Positions 20,064 to 30,372 of a stretch of 64,000 bases of DNA are shown here, piece after piece. A program made the position numbers and the translations under genes. The stretch's first letter is position 1; every line of letters begins with the position of its first letter. The stretch comes from an uncultured Thermoleophilia bacterium (GTDB taxonomy: Bacteria > Actinomycetota > Thermoleophilia > UBA2241): NCBI GenBank assembly GCA_963715985.1, contig CAVQSP010000014.1, positions 192,001-256,000 of the forward strand, read 5' to 3'. The notes beneath the pieces are model-generated. The model had not been told where the DNA came from, did no database searches, and saw only the letters and a list, made by a program, of their open reading frames with translations.

Positions 20064-20789
20064 GTGGACACCGGAGAGCAGCTGCAGGCCATCATGGACG
20101 AGCTGGCCGGCATGGCCAGCGAGGAGAACCGCGCGGGCATGGCGCGCTACGGCATCAAGACGGACGACGCGTTCGGCGTCTCACTGTACGTCCTCCGGCC
20201 CATGGCCAAGGGTCTCTTCCCGGATCACGAGCTGGCGCTGGCGCTGTGGGCGACCGGCAAGCACGAGGCGCGCCTTCTGGCCAGCATGGTCGACGACCCT
20301 GCCGCCGTCACGGAGGAGCAGATGGAGGCGTGGGCGGCGGCCTTCGACTCCTGGGACGTGTGCGACCAGGTGACCTCCAACCTGTTCGACAAGACGCCGT
20401 ACGCCTACGCCAAGGTGACAGAGTGGAGCGCCCGCGAGGCCGAGTGGGTCAAGCGCGCGGCCTTCGCCACGGCGGCGGCCCTGGCCGTGCACGACAAGAC
20501 GGCGCCCGACGAGCCGTTCCTGGCCATCCTCGAGCTGTGCCGCCGCGAGGCGGGCGACGACCGCAACTTCGTGAAGAAGGCCGTCAACTGGGCGCTGCGC
20601 AACATCGGCAAGCGCAACACGGCGCTGCATGCGGCGGCGCTGCAGACGGCCGGGGCCATCCTGGCCGAGGCCGACGCCCGCGCCGCGACCGACCGCCGCG
20701 ACCCGGCCGCGCGCAGCGGCAGGTGGGTGGCGCGCGACGCGCTGCGCGAGCTGCAGTCGGAGAAGGTGCTCCGCCGCCTGCACCCCTGA
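20064..20789 (+). CDS. DNA alkylation repair protein (AlkD-like HEAT-repeat glycosylase)
   Basis: ARYGI, FDSWDVCD, WVKRAAF, DDRNFVKKAVNWALRNIGKRN. Confidence 0.88.
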   Translation: MDTGEQLQAIMDELAGMASEENRAGMARYGIKTDDAFGVSLYVLRPMAKGLFPDHELALALWATGKHEARLLASMVDDPAAVTEEQMEAWAAAFDSWDVCDQVTSNLFDKTPYAYAKVTEWSAREAEWVKRAAFATAAALAVHDKTAPDEPFLAILELCRREAGDDRNFVKKAVNWALRNIGKRNTALHAAALQTAGAILAEADARAATDRRDPAARSGRWVARDALRELQSEKVLRRLHP

Positions 20790-20898
20790 GGCACTTCGCC
20801 GCCCCAGGCCCCGAGTCTCTGGCCGAGTCTCCGGCCGTGGTAGTAACATAAGCTGCGTCGCTCGTGCTCACTCCCCTCTCACGCGGGCAGGTGGTCAG

Positions 20899-23535
20899 GT
20901 GGCCGTCGCGGAGCGCCCCACAGGTTCCTACGACTCTGCCGAGCGCCGGCATCCGCGCCTGGTACGGCGGACCGCGTGGCTGCAGCGGCACTCCCTGGGC
21001 GTCGCCGTCGCCGCCGCCGCGCTCATCGCCGTCATCTTCGTGCTCGACGCCAGGGTGCACCCTGTCACCATGGCCGGGTTCTACCTGATCCCGCTCACCA
21101 TGCTCGCGCTCACGGCGCGCGCCACCCTCGTGGCCGCCGCCGGTATCATCTGCGGCCTGCTCACGGTGCTCGTGTTCGCCTGGCAGGACACGCTCACCGC
21201 GACCTACCTCTTCAACCTGCTCTACGGCGGGCTCGCCGGCCTCGGACTCATCATCCTCGCCTATCTCATCCGCCGCCTCTCCGCGATCAGCGACTACGCG
21301 ACCCTGCGTGCCCAGCTCGCCGAGGCAGGCGCCGACATCTTCACCGGCGGCACACCCGACGACCTCGACGAGCTGCTCGAGTACGCGCTGGAGCGCCTCG
21401 GCGAGCAGCTCGACGCCACCGGCGGGGCCGTGCTGCTGCTCGAGAACGGCGTGTGGGAGGGGCGCGCCGGATTCGGCCTCGGCGTGGACGCCCGCGAGAT
21501 CTCCGGGGAGTACACGCTGGCGCCGCTGGCCGCCGAGGTGCTGCGCGGGGACGTGGCGCTGGCCCGGGTGTTCTCGGAGAGCGACCGGTCCTCGCTGGGT
21601 CCGCTCTCCGGCCACCTGCGGCTGGAGCGCGTGCTCGTGGTCCCCATGCGCGCGCTGGAGCGCGAGGTCGGCGTCATGGTGTTCAATCGGCCGGAGGTCA
21701 GCCCGGACTACGCGGGGGACCAGGTGACGGCCGCGGAGGGCATCGCCCGCTACCTGGCCGTGGCCGTGGACAACGTGCGCCTCATGGTGGAGCTGAGCAC
21801 GCGGCGGCGCGACCTGGAGATGGTCCGCGACTCCAGCCTGGATTTCGCTCAGAGCCTGGACATGAACGAGGTGCTCGAGGCGGTGGTGTCGCGGCTCGTG
21901 GACGCGCTCGGCATGCATGCCTGCAACGTCTATGAGGTGGACTCGGAGGAGGGGCTGCTGCGCGTTCTGCTGAGCTTCAGTGACGGGACCTTCAAGACTG
22001 AAGAGGCGACCGGCCAGGTGTTCAAGCTGGACCAGTTCGCCGCCAGTTCGCTGGCCATCTCCACGCGGCGGCCGGCCATCATCACGTCGCGGGACGACCC
22101 ACGTCTGAGCCATGCGGAACGCGAGCTGCTCACGAGACTCGGGCACCAGACGCAGCTCAGCATCCCGCTGCGCATCCGGGACAGGGTCATCGCACTCGTC
22201 GAGCTGTCCGACCGGGAACCGCGCGACTTCACCCCGGAAGAGGTGGAGCTGGCCCGCACCATCTGCCGGTTCGCGGCGCTGGCCGTGGACAAGGCGCGGC
22301 TCTTCGACCGCCAGCGCGTCACCGCGGAGCGCAGCGACCGGCTCGCCCGGCGCCTGCAGCGCCTGCAGTCCTTCGCCGTGGACCTCAACCGTCGGCTGGA
22401 GCGCGCCGAGCTGCAGGACGTGCTCGACGAGGTGGCGCACGCGGCGCTGGACCTGCTGCACGTGCGCACGGCCGCCGTACTCAGCGGCAGCGGTGAGTAC
22501 CTGGCGGCGCGCAGCGTAGCCGTGGCCGGTGATCCGGACGCGGTGCCCGCGACGCTCGAGGCCGATCTGCTGCAGCGCTTCCGCGAGGCGCTGGCGTCGC
22601 CGGGGGACGAAGACATGGCCGGCGGCGAGCTCGTCACCGCCGGGGTCGAGCAGAGCGACGGCCTGCTGTTCACGCCGCTCGAGAGCGACCTGCCGCAGCA
22701 GGCCTCCACGCTGGTCGTCGCCGACAAGGATCGCGGCGACTTCGACGAGGAGGACCGCCTCCTCCTGGTCACGCTCGGTGCGCAGCTGGGCGCGAGCCTG
22801 CACAACACCACCGCGTACCAGCGCGAGCACGCCATCGCCGAGACCTTCCAGCAGGCGCTGCTCATGGAGCCGCCCGCCATCCCCGGCATCGACGTCGGCG
22901 TGCGGTATCGCGCCGCCACCGAGGCGGCGCGCGTGGGCGGCGACTTCTACGACCTCGTCACCCTGAGCCCCGGGCGCCTCATGGTCATCGTCGGCGACGT
23001 GTGCGGCAAGAGCCTCGGCGCCGCCGCCCAGTCGGCCGTGGTGCGGTACATGCTGCGCGCCTATGCCGCCGAGGGCTCGCCGGGGGAGGCGCTCTCCCGG
23101 CTCAACGCGGCGGTCATCGCACAGTCTCCCGAGCAGCCCTTCGTCACCCTCGTGGTCGCCTACATCGACGTGGCCCGCCACATGTTCGAGTACGCCGTGG
23201 CCGGGCACCCGCGGCCGCTCATCCTCGCCGGCCGCCGCGAGTTCCCCATGCCCGGTGACGGCAACGTGCCGGTGGGCATCTTCCGCGGCGCGGTGTACCC
23301 CACCAACCGTGCCATCCTGCCGGACGACACGTGTGTGGTGATGTACACGGACGGCATGACCGACGCCCGCATCCACGGCCAGCTGTTCGGGGAGGAGCGC
23401 CTGCGCAAAGCCGTGGCGGAGAACCTGCAGCTGCCGGCGCAAGGGCTGGCGGACTCGCTGCTGGAGACGGTGAAGGCCTACGCCGGCGGGGTGCTCGCCG
23501 ACGACTGCGCGGTGGTGACGATCAGGCTGCCCTAG
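20899..23535 (+). CDS. Membrane-anchored multi-GAF SpoIIE/PP2C phosphatase (RsbU-like)
   Basis: N-terminal TMs, GAF domains, VGGDFYD, GDVCGK, AGHP, YTDG, DDCAVV. Confidence 0.92.
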   Translation: MAVAERPTGSYDSAERRHPRLVRRTAWLQRHSLGVAVAAAALIAVIFVLDARVHPVTMAGFYLIPLTMLALTARATLVAAAGIICGLLTVLVFAWQDTLTATYLFNLLYGGLAGLGLIILAYLIRRLSAISDYATLRAQLAEAGADIFTGGTPDDLDELLEYALERLGEQLDATGGAVLLLENGVWEGRAGFGLGVDAREISGEYTLAPLAAEVLRGDVALARVFSESDRSSLGPLSGHLRLERVLVVPMRALEREVGVMVFNRPEVSPDYAGDQVTAAEGIARYLAVAVDNVRLMVELSTRRRDLEMVRDSSLDFAQSLDMNEVLEAVVSRLVDALGMHACNVYEVDSEEGLLRVLLSFSDGTFKTEEATGQVFKLDQFAASSLAISTRRPAIITSRDDPRLSHAERELLTRLGHQTQLSIPLRIRDRVIALVELSDREPRDFTPEEVELARTICRFAALAVDKARLFDRQRVTAERSDRLARRLQRLQSFAVDLNRRLERAELQDVLDEVAHAALDLLHVRTAAVLSGSGEYLAARSVAVAGDPDAVPATLEADLLQRFREALASPGDEDMAGGELVTAGVEQSDGLLFTPLESDLPQQASTLVVADKDRGDFDEEDRLLLVTLGAQLGASLHNTTAYQREHAIAETFQQALLMEPPAIPGIDVGVRYRAATEAARVGGDFYDLVTLSPGRLMVIVGDVCGKSLGAAAQSAVVRYMLRAYAAEGSPGEALSRLNAAVIAQSPEQPFVTLVVAYIDVARHMFEYAVAGHPRPLILAGRREFPMPGDGNVPVGIFRGAVYPTNRAILPDDTCVVMYTDGMTDARIHGQLFGEERLRKAVAENLQLPAQGLADSLLETVKAYAGGVLADDCAVVTIRLP

Positions 23536-24934
23536 TGCGGCGGTGTGACAGCCAGATGCCCACGAGCAGCGTCACCACGGCGCCGCCGGCGGTGATGGCC
23601 GTGTAGACGACCCGCGAGCCGCCGGTCGGGATCACCACGAGGAAGACGCCGATACCGAAGAGCACGAACGCCTCCGCCAGAAGGACGGCCAGCCAGGCGC
23701 CGGCGCGCCCGCCCGGCACGCGATACGGGCGCGGCACGTCCGGGTGGCGCCGCCGCAGCACCAGCAGGGCCGGGAACATGAGCAGGTACGGCGCCATGAA
23801 CACGATCGAGGAGAGCGAGAAGATCGTCCAGAAGATCTGCTCGTTGCCGCCGAAGAGCGCGTAGTTGACCGCGGTGAGCGCCGTGGCCACCGCGGCCATC
23901 AACACGAAGGCGTAGTCCGGGGTGCCGAAGCGCCGGTTGAGGTGGCCGAAGACCTTCGGCGCCGACCGGTCCAGCCCGGTGACGTTGATGCTGTGGTTGG
24001 CACCTGTGGACCAGGTCACCATGGTCCCCACGAAGGTGAACAGCAGCAGCACGATGACGACGTCGTAGGCCGCCGTAGCGCCGCCGCCGAGCACGCGCTC
24101 GAACGAGAGCTGCATGGCGTCGGCGATGCCGCTGACGATGGAGAGCTGCTTGAGCGGCAGCGCGGCCAGCACGCCGGCCATGCCCACGATCTGCGTGCCC
24201 ACGATGGCCAGGCCGGCGATGAGGATCATGCGCGGGATGTCGCGGCGCGGGTCCTTGAGGGAGCCGCCCACGGAGCTCATCACCTCGAAGCCGCAGAAGT
24301 TGGAGAGGATCACGGCGACCGCGGCGAGACGCAGGCCGCCGGCCGGCAGAAGCTCGCCCGCCGAGACGGGGTTGGCGATGCCGTGGCGCAGGGCGAAGAC
24401 GAGGCCGACGAGGGCGGCGGCCAGCAGAACGGCGATCTTGGCCGCCGCGCTGGCGTTGTTCACCCACGTCGTGAGCCGCAGGGGCAGGATGCCGATGGCC
24501 ACCACCAGCCACAGCAGGCCGATGACGATGAGCTCCTCCCAGGTGCGGCTCATCTCCGGCCAGAACGCCGAGCGCACCGTGCCGGCGAAGATGACGAACA
24601 CGGCCGGCGCCCAGTAGGCCAGGTTCACCCAGTAGAACCAGGCGCAGACGCCGCCCACACGCTCTCCGTAGGCCTCGCGGATCCACACGTAGATGCCGCC
24701 CTCCTGCGGCCAGGCGCTGCCCAGCTCGGCGGTGATGAAGCCGTAGGGCGCGTAGAAGACGATGGCGAGCACGGTGAACACGGTGATACCGCGCCACCCG
24801 CTGGCGGCCACGGTGGCCACCGAGTCCAGGGTGATCATCGCCGACACCGAGAACAGCACCATGGGGACCAGGCCCAGGATGCGGGTGCGGGCGTCGGCGG
24901 ATGGGAGGGTGACCAGCTCGGAGCGGGCGTTCAT
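23522..24934 (-). CDS. APC-family amino acid/polyamine permease (GadC/PotE-like)
   Basis: AELGSAWPQEGGIYVW, FCGFE, KDPRRDIP, RPYRVPG; about 12 TM helices. Confidence 0.92.
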   Translation of the reverse strand: MNARSELVTLPSADARTRILGLVPMVLFSVSAMITLDSVATVAASGWRGITVFTVLAIVFYAPYGFITAELGSAWPQEGGIYVWIREAYGERVGGVCAWFYWVNLAYWAPAVFVIFAGTVRSAFWPEMSRTWEELIVIGLLWLVVAIGILPLRLTTWVNNASAAAKIAVLLAAALVGLVFALRHGIANPVSAGELLPAGGLRLAAVAVILSNFCGFEVMSSVGGSLKDPRRDIPRMILIAGLAIVGTQIVGMAGVLAALPLKQLSIVSGIADAMQLSFERVLGGGATAAYDVVIVLLLFTFVGTMVTWSTGANHSINVTGLDRSAPKVFGHLNRRFGTPDYAFVLMAAVATALTAVNYALFGGNEQIFWTIFSLSSIVFMAPYLLMFPALLVLRRRHPDVPRPYRVPGGRAGAWLAVLLAEAFVLFGIGVFLVVIPTGGSRVVYTAITAGGAVVTLLVGIWLSHRRTRAA

Positions 24935-24954
24935 CGCAGGGATGGTAGCAGGAA

Positions 24955-26229
24955 TCAGGCGGCGCGCACGACGGTGGCCATCGCGTCGGCCACGGCGAGG
25001 ACGCGGGCGCGGCGCCCGAGGCGCTGCTCGGCGGCGGCCACGGCCGCGTCGACGGAGTCGAACGCGGCCATGCCCAGCGGTTCGAGGAAGGCGGCGTCCG
25101 CCGCGCCGACGACGCAAACGCGGAAGCGCTCGAGGACGCGCGCCATCACGAACGAGCGCTGGCCGCCGGGGCCCAGCGGTTCGCGCAGCCCTCGCGCGAC
25201 GAGCTCGGCCGGGGAGGAGGCGCCGGCCAGCACGGCCGCGAAGTTGCGCTCGCCGGGGCCGGTGCCGGCGCCGTGCGGCAGATCGGCGCAGAGCACGAGC
25301 AGGCCGCCGTCGGCGAGGGCGGGGCGAGCGACGAGGGCCACGTAGGTCGCCGCCCGGCTCGCCTGGTAGAGGTTGTCGCTCTTGGGCGCGTGCACGCCGG
25401 CGACCACGACATCGAAGGTGCCGTCCACCGGGCGCAGACACGTGCCGGCGCCCGCACGCACCAGCTCCTCCTGTACCTGCACGGGATCGCCGGCCGCGAG
25501 CGCCGTCACCTCGCCGTCCGCCGACAACACTGCGTTCACCGCCCAGCCGAGCGGCGTGCGCGCGGCGATCTCACGCAGCGTCTCCTGGAAGGGGTTGCCG
25601 TCGAGTCGGCCGACCGCCACGCCGGGGGCGCCGATGAACGCCGGCCGGTGCGTCCAGGCGATGGTCTCCTGACCGGCGCAGCCGATGGCCACGCCCTTGA
25701 CGCCGCCCGAGAAGCCGGCGTACAGGTGCGGCTCGACGACGCCGACCGTGACGGCGAGGTCGGCCTCGACGACGCGGCGGGCGATGCGCACCGGCGTGCC
25801 GCGCGAGGTCGTGCCGAGGTCGGCGCACGGGGTCTCGATGCCCTGAGCGTCTTCGATGCGGATGCGGGCCGAGACTGCGGACCCGGCCAGCGCCTCGCGC
25901 TCTGCGGCGGAGGTGGTGGCGTGCAGGCCGCAGCCGATGACCGCCGTGACCGCGTCGTCTGCGACGCCGGCCGCGTTCAGCTCGGCCAGCAGGTGCCCCA
26001 GGATCGGCGGGCTGGGGCAGGGCCGCGAGGCGTCGGGGATGGTGACAACCACAGAGGCGGCGCCGCGCGCCAGCTCGCGCAGGCGCGGCGCCCCGAGCGG
26101 CGTCGCCAGCGCGGCCGCCAGCGCGGCGCCGGCGTCGGGCGCGGCTGCGAGCTCGGCCGGGGGCACGAAGACGTCGGCGCGCGGTACGGGCAGGCGCCGC
26201 GCGCCGCAGAAGACCCAGGCGTCGCTCAC
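24955..26229 (-). CDS. larA: LarA-family nickel-pincer-dependent racemase/epimerase
   Basis: IPDASRP, GCGLH, EPHLYAGFSGGVK, WTH, NLYQA. Confidence 0.88.
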   Translation of the reverse strand: MSDAWVFCGARRLPVPRADVFVPPAELAAAPDAGAALAAALATPLGAPRLRELARGAASVVVTIPDASRPCPSPPILGHLLAELNAAGVADDAVTAVIGCGLHATTSAAEREALAGSAVSARIRIEDAQGIETPCADLGTTSRGTPVRIARRVVEADLAVTVGVVEPHLYAGFSGGVKGVAIGCAGQETIAWTHRPAFIGAPGVAVGRLDGNPFQETLREIAARTPLGWAVNAVLSADGEVTALAAGDPVQVQEELVRAGAGTCLRPVDGTFDVVVAGVHAPKSDNLYQASRAATYVALVARPALADGGLLVLCADLPHGAGTGPGERNFAAVLAGASSPAELVARGLREPLGPGGQRSFVMARVLERFRVCVVGAADAAFLEPLGMAAFDSVDAAVAAAEQRLGRRARVLAVADAMATVVRAA

Positions 26230-26555
26230 GAGGCGTCGCCGGGGGGCTGGGCGGTGGCCGCGGGTCCCGGCGAGGTCGTGGTGGCGGGCGCCTCTCCGGC
26301 TCGCCCGCCGGCCGGCCCGCCGTCGTGGTGATGCCCCGGCCGTGTGGTGCCGGTGCGCCACCACACGGCGAACATGATGAGCACGCCGGCCAGCGGCACC
26401 AGCGACGCCACGAAGGCGGCGACCAGCCAGTCCAGCACGTCGCCGCCGGTCTTGCGCGCGCAGAGGTAGCCGAGGTACAGGCAGATGAGCATCTGCGGTC
26501 CCCAGGCGAAGAAGTACCACCCGGCCTTGCCCGTCGTCCAGAGGATCCAGCCCAT
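26226..26555 (-). CDS. Small membrane protein
   Basis: MGWILWTTGK..., 2-3 hydrophobic segments; GTGA overlap with larA start. Confidence 0.7.
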   Translation of the reverse strand: MGWILWTTGKAGWYFFAWGPQMLICLYLGYLCARKTGGDVLDWLVAAFVASLVPLAGVLIMFAVWWRTGTTRPGHHHDGGPAGGRAGEAPATTTSPGPAATAQPPGDAS

Positions 26556-26560
26556 CGCGG

Positions 26561-28631
26561 TCAGTCGTACAGGGCGAGCAGGCGTCCGACCGCGCCGCGG
26601 AGGTGCTCGACCGCCTCCGGCGGGGCCAGCAGGCGCGCCTGATCGGCGAAGCGCAGGAGGTACGAGGTGAGCCAGCCCTCGTCCACGTACGGCTGTTCGG
26701 CGAGGCACGACCCGTCCCCCAGCCTGCGCACGGGCTGGCGTTCCTCGACCCAGCGGGTCACGAGGGGGCTGTACCACACCGAGGCCCGTTTGGGGGCGTA
26801 GACGCGCGAGGTGGGGATGCCCTCGCGGCGGTACAGCTCCAGCTGGACGTCGTCTCGCGGCACGAACGTCTCGTCCAGCAGCTCGGCGCTCTTGGTGGTC
26901 GAGACCCGGAACACCCGTCGCCCGTCCGCGCGGCGGCACCAGCACACGTAGTACCTGTCGCCGCGCTCACGGCTCATGAAGTACGGCTCGACGGTACGTA
27001 CTGTGAGCTCGGGGGTTCCTTCCTTCCAGTATTCGATGCGGAGCAGCCGGTTGTGAGCGATGGCGGCGTTGATGGCATCGAGCACGACGTCGTCGGGACG
27101 CACCGGGTCACTGGCCTGGATGGTGGGGGGCGCGCCTCTGCGCACCGCGTGGATCTTCTGCCCGAGCGCTCTCCAGGGCGGTGCCGGTGGTGGAGGGCAG
27201 CTGGCCACCCACCAGGTCGATGGCGAGCAGGATGGCGTCCGCCTGCAAGGGTGAGAGACGCGCCGGCCGCGAGAGCGTGGGCCCTTCCAGGTCGCACGTC
27301 ACGTGGAGCTTGCCGCGGCCCTTGAACTCCGCGTACAGCACGGTCCCGCCGCCCACGTAGCCCACGTCGTTCAGCACGCGGACGTCTTCTCTGAGCTGGT
27401 CCCGCGTCATGCCCAGCGCGGCCCTGATCTCGCTCACGTCCAGGTCCGCCTCGTTCTGCCCGCAGCTCGTGAGCAGGTAGGTGGCGAGCGTACTGAGGCG
27501 GGTGAAGCGATCGACCTCCACGTGACCTTCATCGGCGTGCCTGCGTCTGCGCCGTGCCGGTGCCTCGTCCTCGGCCGGCGCGGCCGCCGTGTCGCCGGCG
27601 TCGGGTGCGGGGGCGCCGAAGGCCGCCTCGAGCGCGCCCAGCTGCTCGCGCAGACGCGCGCGCAGCTCGGCGGGCTCCAGCAGTTCGGCGGCATCGGCGA
27701 GATTCAGCACCCAGGACAGCAGCGGCCGGGGGTCGGCGTAGTCGGTGGTGTAGACGATGCCGCCGTCCGGCCGGCGCTCAACGCTGCCGCAGTGCGACCA
27801 GTGGGCCTCTACCCACCAGGCCATGGTGGGGCCGACGCGGACCCGCGCCGTGCCACGGACGGCGGCGAGGCGCCAGGCAGGGCGGTCGCGGTACGCCTCC
27901 AGGTCGAAGTCCTCGGGGCGCACGAAGTCGTGCAGCCGCTTGGTCGCGTGGACGACGCGTGAGTGGATGCGAGACAGGCGGAAGGTCCGCACGTCGTCGC
28001 GCAGGTGGCAACGGCCGATGAGGTACCACTCGCCGGCCACGAGTTGCAGCCCGTACGGGTCCACCATGCGCTCCATCTCCTCATCTCGGGCGATGGTGTA
28101 GTAGGTGAAACGCACCGACTTGCGATCGTCCACGGCGGCTTGCAGCTTGGGCAGCAGGCCGAGCGGCTCCGACGTCTCGCGGGCGACCGCGAGCGGGGGA
28201 GGTTCCGCCTCGGCCAGGAGCTCGGGACGGTCCTGGGCGAGGCTGAGCAGCGCGAGACGGAGCGGCTGTGAATAGGCGAACGCGCCGTCGAGCACGGCGA
28301 GGCAGGCGGCGAGCGCGGTGACCTCCTCGAGGTCGAGGTGCACCGAGGTGAGGTAGTAGGCGTCGCGCTGCAGGCGGTAGACGTCGCCGTCGTCGCCCGG
28401 CTCTGCGTCGACGGCGATGCCCAGCTCGCCGAGCTCGGCGCGATCCTCCTGGAAGCGCTTCTTGAACGCCTCGTCGGTCATGAGCGCGTAGCCCTCCACG
28501 CACATGCGGATCTCCGCGGCGCTCACGGGCCGCCCCGGGCGGGACAGCAGGAAGGTGACGAGCGAGAGCCGCCGGATGTTCTGGTCGGTGTCCTTGGGCT
28601 GGCGCTTCTCGGGCTCCTGCGGCGGGCTCAT
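26561..28631 (-). CDS. Fused PafB-PafC-like double HTH-WYL-WCX regulator; +1 frameshift near 27160
   Basis: EAFKKRFQEDRAEL (PafB HTH), RMVDPYGL..WYLIG..RTFRLSRI; then TRDQLREDV..RPARLSPLQA (PafC HTH) and RTVEPY..YYVCWC..RVFRVS. Confidence 0.88.
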
Positions 28632-28653
28632 GGGCGCGCTCCGGCGTCGGTGG

Positions 28654-28689
28654 TGAGGCACCGGCGCCGCGTACGGCGCCGGTGCCTCA
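28654..28689. promoter_or_regulatory. 16-bp inverted repeat overlapping the putative pafBC -10 (TAGCAT, 28689-28694, minus); may instead terminate the MttB operon
   Basis: TGAGGCACCGGCGCCG-CGTA-CGGCGCCGGTGCCTCA. Confidence 0.55.
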
Positions 28690-28836
28690 TGCTACCGCAC
28701 GCCGCGCCCCTGGTCAGCGGCGCACACCCAAGGCTCGGGGCGGCTTCGCTGCCCCGCTCGTCAGCGCGCCTGCGGCGGCCGACGCTACACGGCCGCCATG
28801 AGCGGTGCCTCTGCGGCGCACCCCTCGCTGAGCCCG

Positions 28837-30300
28837 CTACCGTAGCTCAGTCTCACGGGCGGCTGCGGCGATGATGGCGTCGAACTCGGCCCCCAGATCC
28901 GCCGGGAAGGGCACGGCGTCGGCGGCGAGGATCTCCGCCACCTTCTCCTGCGCCTTCTCCGTGGTGCTCTTGCCGCCGGCGTTCTGCCAGGCCTCGTACG
29001 TGCCGGTCTCGCCGAGCGTGGCCTGCCACAGCTCGCGCACGTGCCTGCGCGTGTGGTTGTCGAACAGGTAGTTGCCGTTGAAGCCCATCTTCTTGATCAG
29101 GTCCACGGCGAGGGTCTCTTCGTTGACCTCGATGCCGCGCAGGATGCGCTTCACCATGCCGAGGATCTCGTTGTCCACGACCATGTTCTCGAGGCAGAGG
29201 ATGCGGGAGCCGTCCAGCAGGCCGGTGCCGAAGGTCACGTCGGCGCCGTTGCTGTACGCCATGAACATCGCGAGCGCGTTCTCGTAGGCACTCTGGATGC
29301 CCGGTTCCTTGGCCGTGGTGGCCCCGGCGCCATACCACGCCGGTACGCCGTAGAAGTCGGCCATGTGGCCCTCACAGGCGCGCAGCAGCATGGCCTCCGG
29401 CGAGTTGCTGGCGTAGGCGCCCGAGTCCATGTACATCGCCGTCGGGCCGCCGCCGTGGATGACGGGGGCACCCGGGTGGGCCAGCTGCACGAGCGTTGCG
29501 CCGCTCACGAACTCGGCGTTGGTCATCACCGCGGAGCCGGCGATGGTGATGGGGCCGGTCGCCCCGAGGATGGGCATGGGGTAGAAGCTCACCGGGATGC
29601 CGGCCTCGGCCAGCACCAGGGCCAGGTCCATGCCGAAGCGCTCCTGGTGGAGCGGGCTCACAGTGCAGATGATGGTGGTGAACATGGGCCGGCGCCTGAG
29701 CTCCTCCGTGCCGCCGGCCATCGCCTCGGCCATCCTGATCAGGCTGCGCGCCTCCCAGTCCTCCTTGATCGAGACGACGATGCTGTGCTTCTCGCTGTTG
29801 CGCACGCAGGCGTCGAACTCGTGCAGCACGCGCGTCTCCGGCGGGCAGTCCTGCGCGCTCACGACGGCGCTCGTCGCACTCACGTTGTCGAGCGCCTGCA
29901 CCACCTTGGCGCAGTTCGCCAGATCTTCTTTGCGGGACACCCGCACCTCACCGGTGACCGGGTCGCGGTAGGAGACGCCGCAGCCGTCCGAACTGATGTA
30001 GACGTGCTCGCCGTCCAGCGGCAGGTCGTACTCGGGGTTGCGCGCGCCCAGGGTGAAGACGGGGGTCAGGGTGCCGAGCGCCTTCTCGACCACGGCGGCT
30101 GGGACCTTGGCCACCGTCGTCTCGCGGTCCACCGTGGCCCCGTTGGCCTCGAGGATGTCCAGCGCCTTCTGCGAGTGGTACTTGACGCCTACGCTCTCGA
30201 TGACGTCCAGCGTGGCCTCGTGGATCTGGCGCACGTCTTCGGGGGAGAGCAGGCCGAGCCTCACACGCTCGCCCACGTAGCACTTGTCCGCGTAGGTCAT
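28837..30300 (-). CDS. MttB-superfamily methyltransferase, non-pyrrolysine (paralogue 2)
   Basis: IHEATLDVIESVGV, VSPLHQE, GATGPITIAG, AKEPGIQSAYE; AAAGGAG RBS. Confidence 0.92.
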   Translation of the reverse strand: MTYADKCYVGERVRLGLLSPEDVRQIHEATLDVIESVGVKYHSQKALDILEANGATVDRETTVAKVPAAVVEKALGTLTPVFTLGARNPEYDLPLDGEHVYISSDGCGVSYRDPVTGEVRVSRKEDLANCAKVVQALDNVSATSAVVSAQDCPPETRVLHEFDACVRNSEKHSIVVSIKEDWEARSLIRMAEAMAGGTEELRRRPMFTTIICTVSPLHQERFGMDLALVLAEAGIPVSFYPMPILGATGPITIAGSAVMTNAEFVSGATLVQLAHPGAPVIHGGGPTAMYMDSGAYASNSPEAMLLRACEGHMADFYGVPAWYGAGATTAKEPGIQSAYENALAMFMAYSNGADVTFGTGLLDGSRILCLENMVVDNEILGMVKRILRGIEVNEETLAVDLIKKMGFNGNYLFDNHTRRHVRELWQATLGETGTYEAWQNAGGKSTTEKAQEKVAEILAADAVPFPADLGAEFDAIIAAAARETELR

Positions 30301-30372
30301 GGGACTCCTTTCGCTCGTGCAGGGTGCTCCGCCGTGCGCACCGCGCAACGCCGTGAGCTACGCCCGCTCGTT

